64,000 nucleotides of DNA from the human T2T-CHM13v2.0 reference genome, Homo sapiens, in the NCBI RefSeq assembly GCF_009914755.1, contig NC_060926.1; one strand, 5' to 3'. Of this stretch, positions 25,080 to 38,948 are shown one piece after another; the stretch's first letter is position 1; every line of letters begins with the position of its first letter. Below the pieces are notes generated by a model. That model saw only the letters and a list, made by a program, of their open reading frames with translations, was not told the DNA's origin and searched no databases. A program made the position numbers and the translations under genes.

Positions 25080-27799
25080 TCCCACGTGTCTATGCCTCCC
25101 TGCTCCTCAATGCAGGGCCCTGGATGAAAGGAGTGAGTGCTGAGTTTTGTCTAAATCCAATCCTTGCAAGAGTCACTGAAAGTAGCATTATAAATTGTTT
25201 GCAAGAGGCCTTTGACACTGAAAACTTGGCCATGTGACTGTTGTCCAAAAATCCTGCTTTCACATCTATGAGTTGCTTATTTCTAAACTTTTTTGGTGAG
25301 AATAAAGTTATCTAATACTCAATGACTCAATGCTGTGTCATTTTTCTTTTATGGCACTTTGCATCAATCAGAGGAAATTTCCTCAGTTTTATTTAACAAG
25401 CACTCAGCTTTCATCAAAAATCGCAGCTCTTGAATCACGCTCAACACCCAAACTTAAACTTTACAAATGCGTTAAAAATTATGTAGTATCCTCCATGTGA
25501 CTGTATCCATAACTGCCTTGAAACTCTTGCACAAAATAATATTATGAGTACTTTTTTTTCAATCAATGAGAATGCTTTCAGATCATTAAATCATATATGA
25601 AACGAACAGGCAGAAAGGTGTTAAGAAAGCAAAAGGAACCCTCTTTCTCCAATCTGTCCTGAATATTACAAACAATATTACAAATGATAGCATGTATAAA
25701 TCTACACTCAGCCATCAGAAATAACGGCTGGTGCACACTCACCACCCGAGTCCTGTTCCTGAGGCTGTGCTGCCTCCTCCTGAGTGACGGGCAGTGCACA
25801 CTCAGCTCTCAGGGCTTTCTTCCTGGGTTGTCGATGGGAAGCAGCATTCAGGAAGCCAGAGCCCAGTTCATGACACTGGGGTTTGCTCAACATTGCTCAG
25901 TGTCTGCTGTTTTCCCCCTGGAGACCTGGGCGGGACATGCCCTGGGAGACACCAGAATCAGGGCTCCCAGGGGTCAGGTCAGCGCTCGGCCCCTGACCTA
26001 TTCCCTTGTGGACTTTCTGGGCAGGCTGGCGATCTCGGCGTGGTGAGAACACAGCTGCACGGGGTCTGTCCTGCTCTGTGGTCCAGGTGTGGTCCAGGTG
26101 AGCCCGCTCGCCAGCTGCAGACAGGATGAGAAGCTCATGAAAGAGGCTTCTGCAGGTGTGGTGGCCACAACGTTCTCTGACTCTGGGAGCTGATCCTAGT
26201 CTTGTAGCCGCTGGGCACAGACCCTCGGGCTGGATGTGAAGACCCCAGTCTTCTGCCGCCTTGTTCCGTGGTCCCCCCCGCCGAGTCCCAGATGGTGGAT
26301 CTTCTTGTGTGCTACCAGAGGGTGGCAGGAGGGGACGCTGAGCCTGCCCCCAGCCCCCTGACTCCGTGTAGTAGCACATCCCGTATGCAGACTTGTGTTA
26401 GAATAGTCTATGTTGATAATGTGGTAAATTCTAGACTCAGGATAAATTAACTTAACATCTCTACCAGGGTGTAATGTAATATTGAACACATGTGTAACGT
26501 GCTTTAAAGGTGAGTCCACACTCCAGACCCAGCTCTTGTTCTTCCTACACGCTGATTACCTATACATTGTACCTAAATTGGCATATAACCCAAATAAACA
26601 CCAAAGTATCATCCTTAGATCCATTTTGGGTGGAAAACCTCATAATTATCAGTCTTCTAAAGGCAAGTATTTACGTGCTTGGGCTCATAATTATTATCCT
26701 AATTGTGTCATTTTTTTAAGTCAAAAAATGCTAAACACAGAGCATGTAGAATCAGAAATTGCATAGATTTGCCTCAGAGAAAGACGCCCCTTTTTATAAC
26801 AAACATAAAATATAAGACATCTGAAAAAAGCTGACCCTGAAAAATTATCTTATGGTCACATTTAGTTTCCTTTTTTCTAAAAAACTGTATTTTATGACTG
26901 TTTTAATGGAAACATTAAAATTTCTATTACATTATGGAGTAAAAGTGGTAGCTCATGCTAGTGTAATTATATGTAAATTATTCAACCTTTAAAGACAGCA
27001 GTGTCTCCTGAGTTTCAAAAAATACAATTTTTTATTTTAGCCTTCTCTCCAATATTAGGAGTATATTTTACTCTACCAAATTAAATAATTTAAGCTTAAA
27101 GTTGGATTTCCTTATGTAGCACTTTAAATATAAGAATCTCTTATAAGTCTAGCTACCTTCAAAAACAGTTGTGATAAAACAACTGTTTATGCCTCAGAAA
27201 CATTTTTGAGATTTATATTCTGCTCCTTATGTTAATATTCCGAGGATTATATTCATCCCATTTTTAGTGGACCTCAAATTCATTTCATGAGAAGTAAAGA
27301 CGCACTCAGCAGCAAAGTCAGACAGCTTGACATGTCATTAAAAACCTCATTCTCTTCCTGTTTCCCCTTCCACGGTGAATTTCTATGTGATATCTTATCA
27401 CCTCCAGGGTGGAGAGATGAAATCAGCTTTTTGAATCACTCCTGAGAAAAGAGGTGTGTGAGAAAACACAACTGTGAAATGTCGTACCAGCCCAACCGAG
27501 GCACTGACAATCCCCTGGCCACTTCCCTCGGCTGATCGTCTTCTCGTTAATGCTTCTTAGTGAAATGCATTAATAGAATTTTAAAAAGGGTGCTCCATTT
27601 ACTTTAGACTTGGGAAGAACAAATTCTCATCAACTCTTCTTTACCCAAAATACAAATGGCCGCTTTTTAATCTTCTCAAGGCCTATTTTCCTATTCGTTT
27701 AGCTTTTTGGTAAGCCTCATTCCCGAGCTGTGCAATTCATCCTCCTTGGTCTCCCTGCAAAAATTGTAGAAAAGGATGGAAATTTTCTCAGAAACACAA

Positions 27800-28370
27800 C
27801 AAAACCTACTGGAGTTTTGAAAGGAGTTGCATTGAGTTACTGGTCAGCTTGAGGTGGACAGACTAAAGTGGAGTCTTTCAATGTAAAAACAGTATAGCTC
27901 TCGCGTGTTTAGGATTGACTTAATTTCTGTCAAAAACATCTCACAATTTTCTGTGTAAGGCTCTTACATATCCTGCTTAGATTTTTTCCTACCTATTTAT
28001 AGTTTTCCAATTTCATTTTCTGTTTGTTTCTGATGTAAAATTGTGTTTTTGTTTCATTACCTTGTATCTAACACACTTACTCAACATATTAATTAATTCT
28101 CATAATCTTTCCATAAGTTCCTTGTGGTTTTCTATAAACACAATCATGCCATCTTTGAACAAAATGAGTTTATGTCTCATTGTCTAATATTTTAATTTTA
28201 CATATGATGTGAGGTTATGATCAAAGTTTCCTTTCAGAATTCAAGTTTTCAACTGTTCCAGTGCAACTTATTAAAAAGATTATTCATTCCCCACTGAATT
28301 TCCTTGGGACCTTTGTTCAAAATCCATTGACCATATGTACCTGGGTTTACTTCTGAACTCCTGTCCTGCT
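27800..28370 (-). mobile_element. Old L1M fragments
   Basis: TTTTCTATAAACACAATCATGCCATCT, TTCCCCACTGAATT, TTGTTCAAAATCCATTGACCATATGT. Confidence 0.6.
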
Positions 28371-28371
28371 C

Positions 28372-28473
28372 TGGGGACCTCTGTGTCCAGGCCACCCTCC
28401 AATGCCATGGGGACCTCTGTGTCCAGGCCACCCTCCAATGCCATGGGGACCTCTGTGTCCAGGCCACCCTCCA
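28372..28473. repeat. Minisatellite, 36-bp unit, 3 copies
   Basis: TGGGGACCTCTGTGTCCAGGCCACCCTCCAA x3. Confidence 0.95.
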
Positions 28474-29289
28474 AGGCCAGGCTGCCCCAATGACGGTGGT
28501 CATAGTTGGTCCATCTGAGCTACACTGGATCTGCTTAAACTGTTCATTTCTTTTATTCTAAGGAGATTCTGCTGATATCTTCCTTCCTCCTGGGTATCTG
28601 ATTATAATCAATTAAGTGTCAACCATTTTAGTAGAAAAATCGAAGAGGTAATTTTTCTTACTAAAGTGAGATAAGAAGAAAGAAAGAAGTAACATTTGCT
28701 CTGTAGGGCATCTGCACATTCTACTAAAACTTTGGGGTAATCTTGGCCCAGTTCCAGAGACTGAGTTGGCTTATGGGGAGCTGTGTTCACGGGGCGGACC
28801 AGCCTGGGGTCATGTGGATCTGGGCTCGGCCCCAAGCCCCTCACCAATGCTCAGCCTCTGCGGCTCTACCGTTGGGAAACAGCCCCAGGGGAGGCTTGTC
28901 CCTGAGTGAGCACTCCCCACCGGGGCCCTGTTCTACAGCATATTCTGACTCAGCAGCCCCTTCCTTACTATCAGCCCTCTCGCATCTTCAAGGATGTTTT
29001 CTTACATCTTTTTCCAGACTTTCGGTTGTTTTCTGTTGGAGGGTGGTATGGGGTTACTTGGTAGAGCAACACTCAAAGCCTTCCTTTTTAAACGAGTACA
29101 GACAGGTAGCAGTCAAGATAAAAACCAAAATAAAGAAATCAAAAAAGCCCAGAGGAAACAAATAATCAGAGAATACGGATAATTTCCAAAAAATATAATG
29201 ACTACCCTCCAAGAGATGATGGGACTATGCATTCATGGAACAAGAACAGATTGCTGAGAATAATTATCCAAGTATTAAGTGTGGGAGCT

Positions 29290-29701
29290 TGATAAGGCTT
29301 GGCTCCGTGTCCGCACAAAATCTCCTGTTGACTCTTAGTCCCCAGCGTTGGAGGTGGGGCCTGGCGGGAGGTGCTTGGATCTCAGGGTGGATTCTCATGA
29401 ATGAGCTAGCACCATCCCTTGGCACTGTCCTCGAGACAGTGAGTGCGTTCTCATGAGATCTGGTCATTTAAAAGTGTGTGGCAGCTCCCACCTCGCTCTT
29501 GCTCCTGCTCTGACCCTGTGAGACGCCTGTTCCTGCTTTGCCTTCCACCATGATTGGAAGCTTCCCGAGGCCTCCCCAGAAGCAGAAGCTGCCATGCTTC
29601 CTGTGAAGTCTGCAAAACTGTGAGCCAACTAAACCTCTTTTCTCTATAAATTACCCAGTCTGGGGTATTTCTTTATAGCAATGTGAGACTGGATTCATAC
29701 A
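29290..29701 (+). mobile_element. MSTA/MSTB solo LTR, full length
   Basis: TGATAAGGCTTGGC...GAGATCTGGTCATTTAAAAGTG...ATAAATTACCCAGTCT...CATACA; perfect 5-bp TSD GAGCT (29285-29289 / 29702-29706). Confidence 0.95.
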
Positions 29702-30076
29702 GAGCTCTTCCTGAGAGAAAAAAGAATGCGAAACACAGTGAGTGATCAAAGGATCAGGCAGGAAGTTCTAACATTTGAGAAGGGCCTGGGAAGGCGGAGG
29801 TGGCAGACAGCATGGGAGACAGTCAGCAAGAGGGCGGAAGACACGTCCCAGGCCCCGGCAACGGAGGGTCCCAGCGTGAGAGGACTCCCAAGGCTGGAGC
29901 TGGGTGAGAGGGGAAGAGAACCCTTTGAGGCATCCTGGTGACTCCTTAGGGGAGGGGACCCTGTGCACTTCCAGAGAGAGAGAGGGGATTTCCCAGCCCT
30001 CACACATCTGAGGGCCTGGGGCGAGGGGGTGCTGCCGCAGTGGCACCGTTCCCCTCAGACTCGCTCATCAGGACTT

Positions 30077-31920
30077 CAGCACTGCCCGTCCATGGGGACG
30101 TCTGCACTCACAGTGTCCTCGGCACTGCCCTCCGTGGGGACGTCTGCACACACACTGTCCTCGGCACTGCCCGTCCATGGGGACGTCTGCACTCACAGAA
30201 TGTCCTCGGCACTGCCCTCCGTAAATGGGGACGTCTGCACTCACAGTGTCCTCGGCACTGCCCTCTGTAAATGGGGACGTCTGCACACACACTGTCCTCG
30301 GCACTGCCCTCCGTGGGGACGTCTGCACTCACAGAATGTCCTCGGCACTGCCCGTCCATGGGGACGTCTGCACTCACAGTGTCCTCGGCACTGCCCTCCG
30401 TGGGGACGTCTGCACACACACTGTCCTCGGCACTGCCCTCCGTGGGGACGTCTGCACTCACAGTGTCCTCGGCACTGCCCGTCCATGGGGACGTCTGCAC
30501 TCACAGTGTCCTCGGCACTGCCCTCCGTGGGGACGTCTGCACACACACTGTCCTCGGCACTGCCCTCCGTGGGGACGTCTGCACTCACAGTGTCCTCGGC
30601 ACTGCCCTCCGTAAATGGGGACGTCTGCACTCACAGAATGTCCTCGGCACTGCCCTCCGTGGGGACGTCTGCACTCACGGAATGTCCTCGGCACTGCCCT
30701 CCGTGGGGACGTCTGCACTCACAGTGTCCTCGGCACTGCCCTCCGTGGGGACGTCTGCACTCACAGTGTCCTCGGCACTGCCCTCCGTGGGGACGTCTGC
30801 ACTCACAGAATGTCCTCGGCACTGCCCTCCATGGGGACGTCTGCACTCACAGTGTCCTCGGCACTGCCCTCCGTGGGGACGTCTGCACTCACAGAATGTC
30901 CTCGGCACTGCCCTCCGTGGGGACGTCTGCACTCACAGTGTCCTCGGCACTGCCCTCCGTGGGGACGTCTGCACTCACAGTGTCCTCGGCACTGCCCTCC
31001 GTGGGGACGTCTGCACTCACAGAATGTCCTCGGCACTGCCCTCCGTGGGGACGTCTGCACTCACGGAATGTCCTCGGCACTGCCCTCCGTGGGGACGTCT
31101 GCACTCACGGAATGTCCTCGGCACTGCCCTCCGTGGGGACGTCTGCACTCACAGTGTCCTCGGCACTGCCCTCCGTGGGGACGTCTGCACTCACAGTGTC
31201 CTCGGCACTGCCCTCCGTGGGGACGTCTGCACTCACAGTGTCCTCGGCACTGCCCTCCGTGGGGACGTCTGCACTCACAGTGTCCTCGGCACTGCCCTCC
31301 GTGGGGACGTCTGCACTCACAGAATGTCCTCGGCACTGCCCTCCGTGGGGACGTCTGCACTCACAGTGTCCTCGGCACTGCCCTCCGTGGGGACGTCTGC
31401 ACTCACAGTGTCCTCGGCACTGCCCTCCGTGGGGACGTCTGCACTCACAGAATGTCCTCGGCACTGCCCTCCGTGGGGACGTCTGCACTCACGGAATGTC
31501 CTCGGCACTGCCCTCCGTGGGGACGTCTGCACTCACAGTGTCCTCGGCACTGCCCTCCGTGGGGACGTCTGCACTCACAGTGTCCTCGGCACTGCCCTCC
31601 GTGGGGACGTCTGCACTCACAGAATGTCCTCGGCACTGCCCTCCATGGGGACGTCTGCACTCACAGTGTCCTCGGCACTGCCCTCTGTGGGGACGTCTGC
31701 ACTCACAGAATGTCCTCGGCACTGCCCTCCGTGGGGACGTCTGCACTCACAGTGTCCTCGGCACTGCCCTCCGTGGGGACGTCTGCACTCACAGTGTCCT
31801 CGGCACTGCCCTCCGTGGGGACGTCTGCACTCACAGAATGTCCTCGGCACTGCCCTCCGTGGGGACGTCTGCACTCACAGTGTCCTCGGCACTGCCCTCC
31901 GGGACGTCTGCACACAGTGT
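30077..31920. repeat. VNTR, 42-bp unit with 44-bp variants, ~43 copies, CpG-rich
   Basis: GGCACTGCCCTCCGTGGGGACGTCTGCACTCACAGTGTCCTC; variants ACAGAATG/ACGGAATG (+2 bp) shift the reading frame, explaining the mosaic ORFs. Confidence 0.98.
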
Positions 31921-32126
31921 CTTTGGCCCAGCTCGGGTTAGGAGCACTCGCTCTGGAGGCCTGACTGTGCTTTTGTAAATTTTCACAAACAGTCACTCAA
32001 TAGGTTTTATTTTTTGTTTCCAATGATTCAATGACCAATTCTGCTAAATTTCACACAGCCGAAACACTTGAGAAAATTGGTAGTAAAGAACATTTGGAAT
32101 CCCTGAGGATTTTCAGAGTTGAGCGT

Positions 32127-32475
32127 GTGTGGTGGTTAGCTGTATTCCTCCACTGGGCTGGGCCACGGTGCCCGGGTCTGATGGGACATTACTCTAGAGG
32201 CCTCTGGAAGGCGTTGGATGGGTGGGCTGTGAGGAAAGAAGATGAGCCTGCATAGCGTGGGTGGGTCTCCTCCGATCCGTTGAAGGCCTGACTAGAACAG
32301 AGATAACACCCTGCACCAGGAAGGAACTCTGCGTCCGACGGCTTCAGACTAGACTGGCAGTGCTGGCTCTTCCCCGGGTCTCCAGCCGAGGGTCCACCCT
32401 GCAGACCTTGGACCTGCCGGCTTCCACGGTCACACAAGCCAATTCCCTAAAGATAAATCTCTCTCTGTGTCTCCC
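32127..32475 (+). mobile_element. MLT2 (ERVL) LTR, MLT2C-like
   Basis: TGTGGTGGTTA start, GGGCTGGGCCACGGTGCCC, TCCGTTGAAGGCCTGACTAGAACA, AGCCAATTCCCTAAAGATAAATCTCTCT. Confidence 0.75.
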
Positions 32476-32818
32476 TCTTTAACAAAAGGCCACCTTTAAC
32501 CTTTAACAAAAGGCGACCTGCTGAGAAGTCCTTGTGCTCTGTGCTTTGAACTGGACATCAACAAACAACATGGCACTTAGTGTTTTTAAACTGACCAAGG
32601 GACAAGCCTGGAGCAGCCTCTTCCGGGGCCTCGATTAACCAGGAGGAGGTGGCTGCTGTGCCCCAACCCAGGTGACAGATTCGGGTGCCGGCACCTCCCC
32701 TGAGTCTCAGAGTCCAGGGAGTCACAATTCTACAGGGACAACAGAAACACACAAAAGTGGGCATAAAATAATCATCGATAGAAGGTTTGTCACTTTGATG
32801 TCTCTGTGAACTGATTTA

Positions 32819-33286
32819 ATGTGGTATAGAAAGATGGTCCCGTTACTTTAGAGGTGGTTAGATATCTCTGTATAATGCCTGTATATAATAACTCTTACGT
32901 GATATAGAAAGATGGTCCCATTACTTTAGGGGTAGTTAGATATCTCTGTATAACACCTATATATAATAACTCCTATATGATACAGAAAAATGTTCTCATT
33001 ACTTTAGAGGTAGTTAGATATCTCCATATAATGCCTGTATATAATAACTCTTATGTGATATAGAAAGATGGTCTCATTACTTTGGGAGTAGTTATAAATC
33101 TCCCTATAATGCCTGTATATAATACTCATATGTGATATAAAATGATGGTCCCATTACTTTAGGGGTACTTGGAAATCTCTGTATAATGCCGACATATAAT
33201 TCTCATGTGTGATGTAGAAAGATGGTCCCGTTACTTTAGGGGTAGTTACAGATCTCTGTAGAGCTCCTGTGTGTAATACCCATATA
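32819..33286. repeat. AT-rich minisatellite, 77-78-bp unit, ~6 diverged copies
   Basis: TATAGAAAGATGGTCCC(A/G)TTACTTTAG motif near 32825, 32903, 32981, 33059, 33136 and 33213. Confidence 0.93.
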
Positions 33287-33871
33287 CTATGCCTCTGTTG
33301 ATTCAGATAGATCAATTACTTCATAGAATGAATCTGCGTGTCTATTTTTAGGTGGATGAGTTGCTATGTTTTACCATTACTATTCTTGCTACATTAGTTC
33401 AGCTTCTACAGGTAACCAAATGATTTTCATTATCGTATATTTATAATGTCTCATCCAGTTATTTTCTGGAATGAGAGTACAAATAAATGTATTTCTCAAG
33501 CTGAAAACATACTTGTTTCTCAGACAAAATCCACTGAGTTTGCACTTGCCATTAGTGAAAAATGCCGTAAAAACCCATACCCCTGCTGAGGCCTCGGAAC
33601 CTGAGAGGTGTGGCCTGTCTCCTCTAAGCCGTTTATCATCCGTGGTCCACAGACACATCAGAGAGTCTCCAAACGCTTTCCTGATTGCTTCTCCCAAGTA
33701 CCCCGGACAGGCACTGTTGTTGGCACCAGGGAACACCCCGGGGAACAGAGCAGATCCAACACCAGGCCCAGGAGAGTCGGCTCCCGGTGACGCCTGAGAT
33801 GTCTGTGGACTCCAGGCAATACTTGTGCAAGAGGCCGTGGGGGCCAATGGGGCATGATAGTGTGACCTTCA

Positions 33872-36800
33872 AATTACCAGTGTGCACGGCACACGGAAGG
33901 AACACACAGTGTGACCACGTGATTGCCTGTGCATACGGGGGGAACACAGAGTGTGACTACGTGATTGCCAGTGCGTACAGGGGGAACACACAGTGTGGCT
34001 GCGTGATTGCCAGTGCGTACAGGGGGAACACACAGTGTGGCTGCGTGATTGCCAGTGCGTACAGGGGGAACACACAGTGTGACCGCGTGATTGCCAGTGC
34101 GTACGGGGGGAACACACAGTGTGACCGCGTGATTGCCAGTGCGTACAGGGGGAACACACAGTGTGGCTGCGTGATTGCCAGTGCGTACAGGGGGAACACA
34201 CAGTGTGACCGCGTGATTGCCAGTGCGTACAGGGGGAACACACAGTGTGACCGCGTGATTGCCAGTGCGTACAGGGGGAACACACAGTGTGACCGCGTGA
34301 TTGCCAGTGCGTACAGGGGGAACACACAGTGTGGCCGCGTGATTGCCAGTGCATACAGGGGGAACACACAGTGTGGCCGCGTGATTGCCAGTGCACACGG
34401 GGGGAACACACAGTGTGACCGCGTGATTGCCAGTGCGTACAGGGGGAACACACAGTGTGACCGCGTGATTGCCAGTGCGTACAGGGGGAACACACAGTGT
34501 GGCTGCGTGATTGCCAGTGCACACGGGGGGAACACACAGTGTGGCCGCGTGATTGCCAGTGCGTACAGGGGGAACACACAGTGTGGCCGCGTGATTGCCA
34601 ATGCACACGGGGGGAACACACAGTGTGACCGCGTGATTGCCAGTGCGTACAGGGGGAACACACAGTGTGACCGCGTGATTGCCAGTGCGTACAGGGGGAA
34701 CACACAGTGTGACCGCGTGATTGCCAGTGCGTACAGGGGGAACACACAGTGTGGCCGCGTGATTGCCAGTGCATACAGGGGGAACACACAGTGTGGCCGC
34801 GTGATTGCCAGTGCACACGGGGGGAACACACAGTGTGGCTGCGTGATTGCCAATGCACACGGGGGGAACACACAGTGTGACCGCGTGATTGCCAGTGCGT
34901 ACAGGGGGAACACACAGTGTGACCGCGTGATTGCCAGTGCGTACAGGGGGAACACACAGTGTGGCCGCGTGATTGCCAGTGCATACAGGGGGAACACACA
35001 GTGTGGCCGCGTGATTGCCAGTGCACACGGGGGGAACACACAGTGTGGCCGCGTGATTGCCAGTGCATACAGGGGGAACACACAGTGTGGCCGCGTGATT
35101 GCCAGTGCATACAGGGGGAACACACAGTGTGGCCGCGTGATTGCCAGTGCACACGGGGGGAACACACAGTGTGGCCGCGTGATTGCCAGTGCATACAGGG
35201 GGAACACACAGTGTGACCGCGTGATTGCCAGTGCGTACAGGGGGAACACACAGTGTGGCTGCGTGATTGCCAGTGCATACAGGGGGAACACACAGTGTGA
35301 CCGCGTGATTGCCAGTGCGTACAGGGGGAACACACAGTGTGGCTGCGTGATTGCCAGTGCGTACAGGGGGAACACACAGTGTGACCGCGTGATTGCCAGT
35401 GCGTACAGGGGGAACACACAGTGTGGCTGCGTGATTGCCAGTGCACACGGGGGGAACACACAGTGTGACCGCGTGATTGCCAGTGCACACGGGGGGAACA
35501 CACAGTGTGACCGCGTGATTGCCAATGCACACGGGGGGAACACACAGTGTGACCGCGTGATTGCCAGTGCGTACAGGGGGAACACACAGTGTGGCTGCGT
35601 GATTGCCAGTGCGTACAGGGGGAACACACAGTGTGACCGCGTGATTGCCAGTGCGTACAGGGGGAACACACAGTGTGACCGCGTGATTGCCAGTGCGTAC
35701 AGGGGGAACACACAGTGTGACCGCGTGATTGCCAGTGCGTACAGGGGGAACACACAGTGTGACCGCGTGATTGCCAGTGCGTACAGGGGGAACACACAGT
35801 GTGGCCGCGTGATTGCCAGTGCATACAGGGGGAACACACAGTGTGGCCGCGTGATTGCCAGTGCACACGGGGGGAACACACAGTGTGGCCGCGTGATTGC
35901 CAGTGCATACAGGGGGAACACACAGTGTGACCGCGTGATTGCCAGTGCGTACAGGGGGAACACACAGTGTGGCTGCGTGATTGCCAGTGCATACAGGGGG
36001 AACACACAGTGTGACCGCGTGATTGCCAGTGCGTACAGGGGGAACACACAGTGTGGCTGCGTGATTGCCAGTGCGTACAGGGGGAACACACAGTGTGACC
36101 GCGTGATTGCCAGTGCGTACAGGGGGAACACACAGTGTGGCTGCGTGATTGCCAGTGCACACGGGGGGAACACACAGTGTGACCGCGTGATTGCCAGTGC
36201 ACACGGGGGGAACACACAGTGTGACCGCGTGATTGCCAATGCACACGGGGGGAACACACAGTGTGACCGCGTGATTGCCAGTGCGTACAGGGGGAACACA
36301 CAGTGTGGCTGCGTGATTGCCAGTGCGTACAGGGGGAACACACAGTGTGACCGCGTGATTGCCAGTGCGTACAGGGGGAACACACAGTGTGACCGCGTGA
36401 TTGCCAGTGCGTACAGGGGGAACACACAGTGTGACCGCGTGATTGCCAGTGCGTACAGGGGGAACACACAGTGTGACCGCGTGATTGCCAGTGCGTACAG
36501 GGGGAACACACAGTGTGGCTGCGTGATTGCCAGTGCACACGGGGGGAACACACAGTGTGACCGCGTGATTGCCAGTGCACACGGGGGGAACACACAGTGT
36601 GACCGCGTGATTGCCAATGCACACGGGGGGAACACACAGTGTGACCGCGTGATTGCCAGTGCGTACAGGGGGAACACACAGTGTGGCTGCGTGATTGCCA
36701 GTGCGTACAGGGGGAACACACAGTGTGACCGCGTGATTGCCAGTGCGTACAGGGGGAACACACAGTGTGACCGCGTGATTGCCAGTGCGTACAGGGGGAA

Positions 36801-38948
36801 CACACAGTGTGGCTGCGTGATTGCCAGTGCACACGGGGGGAACACACAGTGTGGCCGCGTGATTGCCAGTGCGTACAGGGGGAACACACAGTGTGGCTGC
36901 GTGATTGCCAGTGCACACGGGGGGAACACACAGTGTGACCGCGTGATTGCCAGTGCGTACAGGGGGAACACACAGTGTGACCGCGTGATTGCCAATGCAC
37001 ACGGGGGGAACACACAGTGTGACCGCGTGATTGCCAGTGCGTACAGGGGGAACACACAGTGTGACCGCGTGATTGCCAGTGCATACAGGGGGAACACACA
37101 GTGTGGCTGCGTGATTGCCAGTGCGTACAGGGGGAACACACAGTGTGACCGCGTGATTGCCAATGCACACGGGGGGAACACACAGTGTGACCGCGTGATT
37201 GCCAGTGCGTACAGGGGGAACACACAGTGTGGCTGCGTGATTGCCAGTGCGTACAGGGGGAACACACAGTGTGACCGCGTGATTGCCAGTGCGTACAGGG
37301 GGAACACACAGTGTGACCGCGTGATTGCCAGTGCGTACAGGGGGAACACACAGTGTGACCGCGTGATTGCCAGTGCGTACAGGGGGAACACACAGTGTGA
37401 CCGCGTGATTGCCAGTGCGTACAGGGGGAACACACAGTGTGGCTGCGTGATTGCCAGTGCACACGGGGGGAACACACAGTGTGACCGCGTGATTGCCAGT
37501 GCGTACAGGGGGAACACACAGTGTGGCTGCGTGATTGCCAATGCACACGGGGGGAACACACAGTGTGGCCGCGTGATTGCCAGTGCGTACAGGGGGAACA
37601 CACAGTGTGACCGCGTGATTGCCAGTGCGTACAGGGGGAACACACAGTGTGACCACGTGATTGCCAGTGCGTACAGGGGGAACACACAGTGTGGCCGCGT
37701 GATTGCCAGTGCACACGGGGGGAACACACAGTGTGGCTGCGTGATTGCCAGTGCACACGGGGGGAACACACAGTGTGGCTGCGTGATTGCCAGTGCACAC
37801 GGGGGGAACACACAGTGTGACCGCGTGATTGCCAGTGCGTACAGGGGGAACACACAGTGTGGCTGCGTGATTGCCAGTGCATACAGGGGGAACACACAGT
37901 GTGACCGCGTGATTGCCAGTGCGTACAGGGGGAACACACAGTGTGGCCGCGTGATTGCCAGTGCACACGGGGGGAACACACAGTGTGGCTGCGTGATTGC
38001 CAGTGCACACGGGGGGAACACACAGTGTGGCCGCGTGATTGCCAGTGCACACGGGGGGAACACACAGTGTGGCTGCGTGATTGCCAGTGCACACGGGGGG
38101 AACACACAGTGTGGCTGCGTGATTGCCAGTGCGTACAGGGGGAACACACAGTGTGGCTGCGTGATTGCCAGTGCATACAGGGGGAACACACAGTGTGACC
38201 GCGTGATTGCCAGTGCGTACAGGGGGAACACACAGTGTGGCCGCGTGATTGCCAATGCACACGGGGGGAACACACAGTGTGGCTGCGTGATTGCCAGTGC
38301 ACACGGGGGGAACACACAGTGTGACCGCGTGATTGCCAATGCACACGGGGGGAACACACAGTGTGGCCGCGTGATTGCCAGTGCACACGGGGGGAACACA
38401 CAGTGTGACCGCGTGATTGCCAGTGCGTACAGGGGGAACACACAGTGTGACCGCGTGATTGCCAGTGCGTACAGGGGGAACACACAGTGTGGCTGCGTGA
38501 TTGCCAGTGCATACGGGGGGAACACAGAGTGTGACCGCGTGATTGCCAGTGCGCACAGGGGGAACACACAGTGTGGCTGCGTGATTGCCAGTGCGTACAG
38601 GGGGAACACACAGTGTGACCGCGTGATTGCCAGTGCATACAGGGGGAACACACAGTGTGACCGCGTGATTGCCAGTGCGTACAGGGGGAACACACAGTGT
38701 GGCTGCGTGATTGCCAGTGCATACGGGGGGAACACAGAGTGTGACCGCGTGATTGCCAGTGCGTACAGGGGGAACACACAGTGTGGCTGCGTGATTGCCA
38801 GTGCGTACAGGGGGAACACACAGTGTGACCGCGTGATTGCCAGTGCGTACAGGGGGAACACACAGTGTGGCTGCGTGATTGCCAGTGCGTACAGGGGGAA
38901 CACACAGTGTGACCGCGTGATTGCCAGTGCACACGGGGGGAACACACA
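33872..38948. repeat. Large VNTR, 42-bp unit, ~120 copies, no indels
   Basis: GATTGCCAGTGCGTACAGGGGGAACACACAGTGTGACCGCGT; uninterrupted 14-aa periodicity across four >1700-aa ORFs. Confidence 0.99.

Noticed and set aside
29963-31996. 449-671-aa ORFs
   Set aside because: Translations of the 42/44-bp VNTR that hop between frames at the +2 variants
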